63,908 nucleotides of DNA, taken from positions 1-63,908 of the forward strand of contig CAUYUJ010000296.1 of assembly GCA_963575745.1 (NCBI GenBank). The letters run 5' to 3'. This DNA is from Prorocentrum cordatum. Lineage: Eukaryota. The translations under genes were made by a program, and so were the position numbers. Of this stretch, positions 62,491 through 63,908 are shown piece after piece (position 1 is the first letter of the stretch; the number at the start of each line of letters is the position of its first letter). Below the pieces are notes generated by a model, which searched no databases, was not told the origin of the DNA, and saw only the letters and a list, made by a program, of their open reading frames with translations.

Positions 62491-63524
62491 TTCCGGGGGA
62501 ACACATACATCGGCGCCTTCGGCGCCTCGAGATTTTAACCACGATGCGAAAGTAATGCGCTCGTTGTCCTGATTGTTGCGCGGATGCATATGTCGTGAGG
62601 TCAAAAACAGATATTTATATAGATAGATGGATCGCGAAGAAATGAAGCACATCGATATTGATGCACATCGTGAGATATCATGATATCGATCGACTGTTTG
62701 TGGGGTTGATAGATAGACAGTGGCATGCGCAGATATATAGTGAGATCGATGAATCGATAAAGCGGTCGATCGTGGTATCGATTGGCAAATAAGTCGACAC
62801 ATCTATCGGTAGTGGGATCGGTAGATCATACCGATAGATCGTGAGAACGATAGGGGTGGTTCGATGGACGGAAAAGGCTGCCCCGACGGTTGCCCCGTCT
62901 CATGGCAATGCACGGCCGGTGCGGAGAAGGACAACCGACCGAAAGCGAAACCCAAACCGACAGCGTGCATAACCGAACCCACCGACCGAAACCGACTGAA
63001 CGCGCAGCGACGAACGACCCCGAAAAGGCGACGCTGTGATAATCATGGAACAACTGCAACAGCAACAATCAATTTTGCATCCCGGCAAACTCTTGGGGGC
63101 TCTCTGGGAATCCCTTGAAGGCGTCTTGGAGGCCTCCTGGGCCGTCGTGAAGCCATCAGGGGTCGTCTTGGAGCGCTCCGGGGCCGTCTCGGAGCCCTCT
63201 TGGACTGCCCTGAGGGCATCCCGAGCCATTTTGGGCGGCAGGTTCCCCCTCTTGGCCGGTCTTGGGCGCCTCTGGAATTGTCTGGGGCGCCTCTTTGGCG
63301 ATCGTGGCTCCCTCTTGGAGTGCCTTGAAGCCGTCTTGGGGACATTTTGGGCCGTCTGGGGATAATCTTCGGGGCCTCTTGAGCCATCTTTTGGGCGCCC
63401 TGAATGCTGGAAAGGCGATGCTGTGAAAATCATAGAACTGCAAGAAAAATCCATTGTCCCTCCCGGAAAGTCTTGGGGGCTCTCTGGGAATCATCTGGGC
63501 GTCTTTTGTTGCTGTTGTTGCTGT

Positions 63525-63531
63525 AATAGTC

Positions 63532-63603
<72 letters not shown>

Positions 63604-63616
63604 AGAGTCGTAGTAA

Positions 63617-63652
<36 letters not shown>

Positions 63653-63653
63653 C

Positions 63654-63695
<42 letters not shown>

Positions 63696-63729
63696 CGTGG
63701 AAGTACTATTATTAGTATTATTAGTAGTC

Positions 63730-63763
<34 letters not shown>

Positions 63764-63908
63764 AAGTAGTAGTGGTAGTATTAGTAATATTAGTAGTAGT
63801 AGTAGTCGTAGCAGTGGTAGTAGTAGTAGTAGCAGTGGTAGTAGTAGTAGTATGCAGCAGTAGTAGTAGTAGTAGTAGTAGTAGTATGAGGTAAGTAGGA
63901 AGTAGTGT
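63525..63908. repeat. (TAG)n array running to the window end
   Basis: Direct reading. Confidence 0.95.

Overview
Eukaryotic, GC-rich, repeat-dense DNA. It is almost certainly dinoflagellate nuclear genome, with a Prorocentrum-like repeat landscape: three near-perfect relics of the 22-nt dinoflagellate spliced leader (DinoSL, DCCGTAGCCATTTTGGCTCAAG) lie on the minus strand. Two spliced genes can be rebuilt by hand, both on the minus strand and both behind SL relics: a 3-exon Aa_trans/SLC38-type amino-acid transporter (6597-2892, ~428 aa) and a 6-exon ~669-aa protein of four tandem ~150-aa unnamed domains plus a C-terminal EF-hand pair (13047-7609). A third, poorly resolved minus-strand gene probably follows the relic at 23.8 kb. 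The rest is a degenerate APE+RT LINE (~48.9-53.3 kb), at least eight families of ~160-230-bp palindromic MITEs, a Helentron/HINE-like element, several minisatellite arrays and long (GAG)n, (TAG)n, (CA)n and (GCTGAG)n tracts. Most ORFs in the supplied track are artefacts of these repeats. The most interesting system is an apparent retrogene-plus-introner cycle. A Mutator-like MITE with an 11-bp TSD forms a precise GA-AG intron, and the same family sits, in opposite orientation, at the homologous codon of the next protein repeat. The transporter's two introns best fit a non-canonical GA...GGTGGCG|G boundary. One SL relic has itself been hit by a hAT-type MITE that carries a nested HINE-like element. 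All splice models are inferred from sequence alone.
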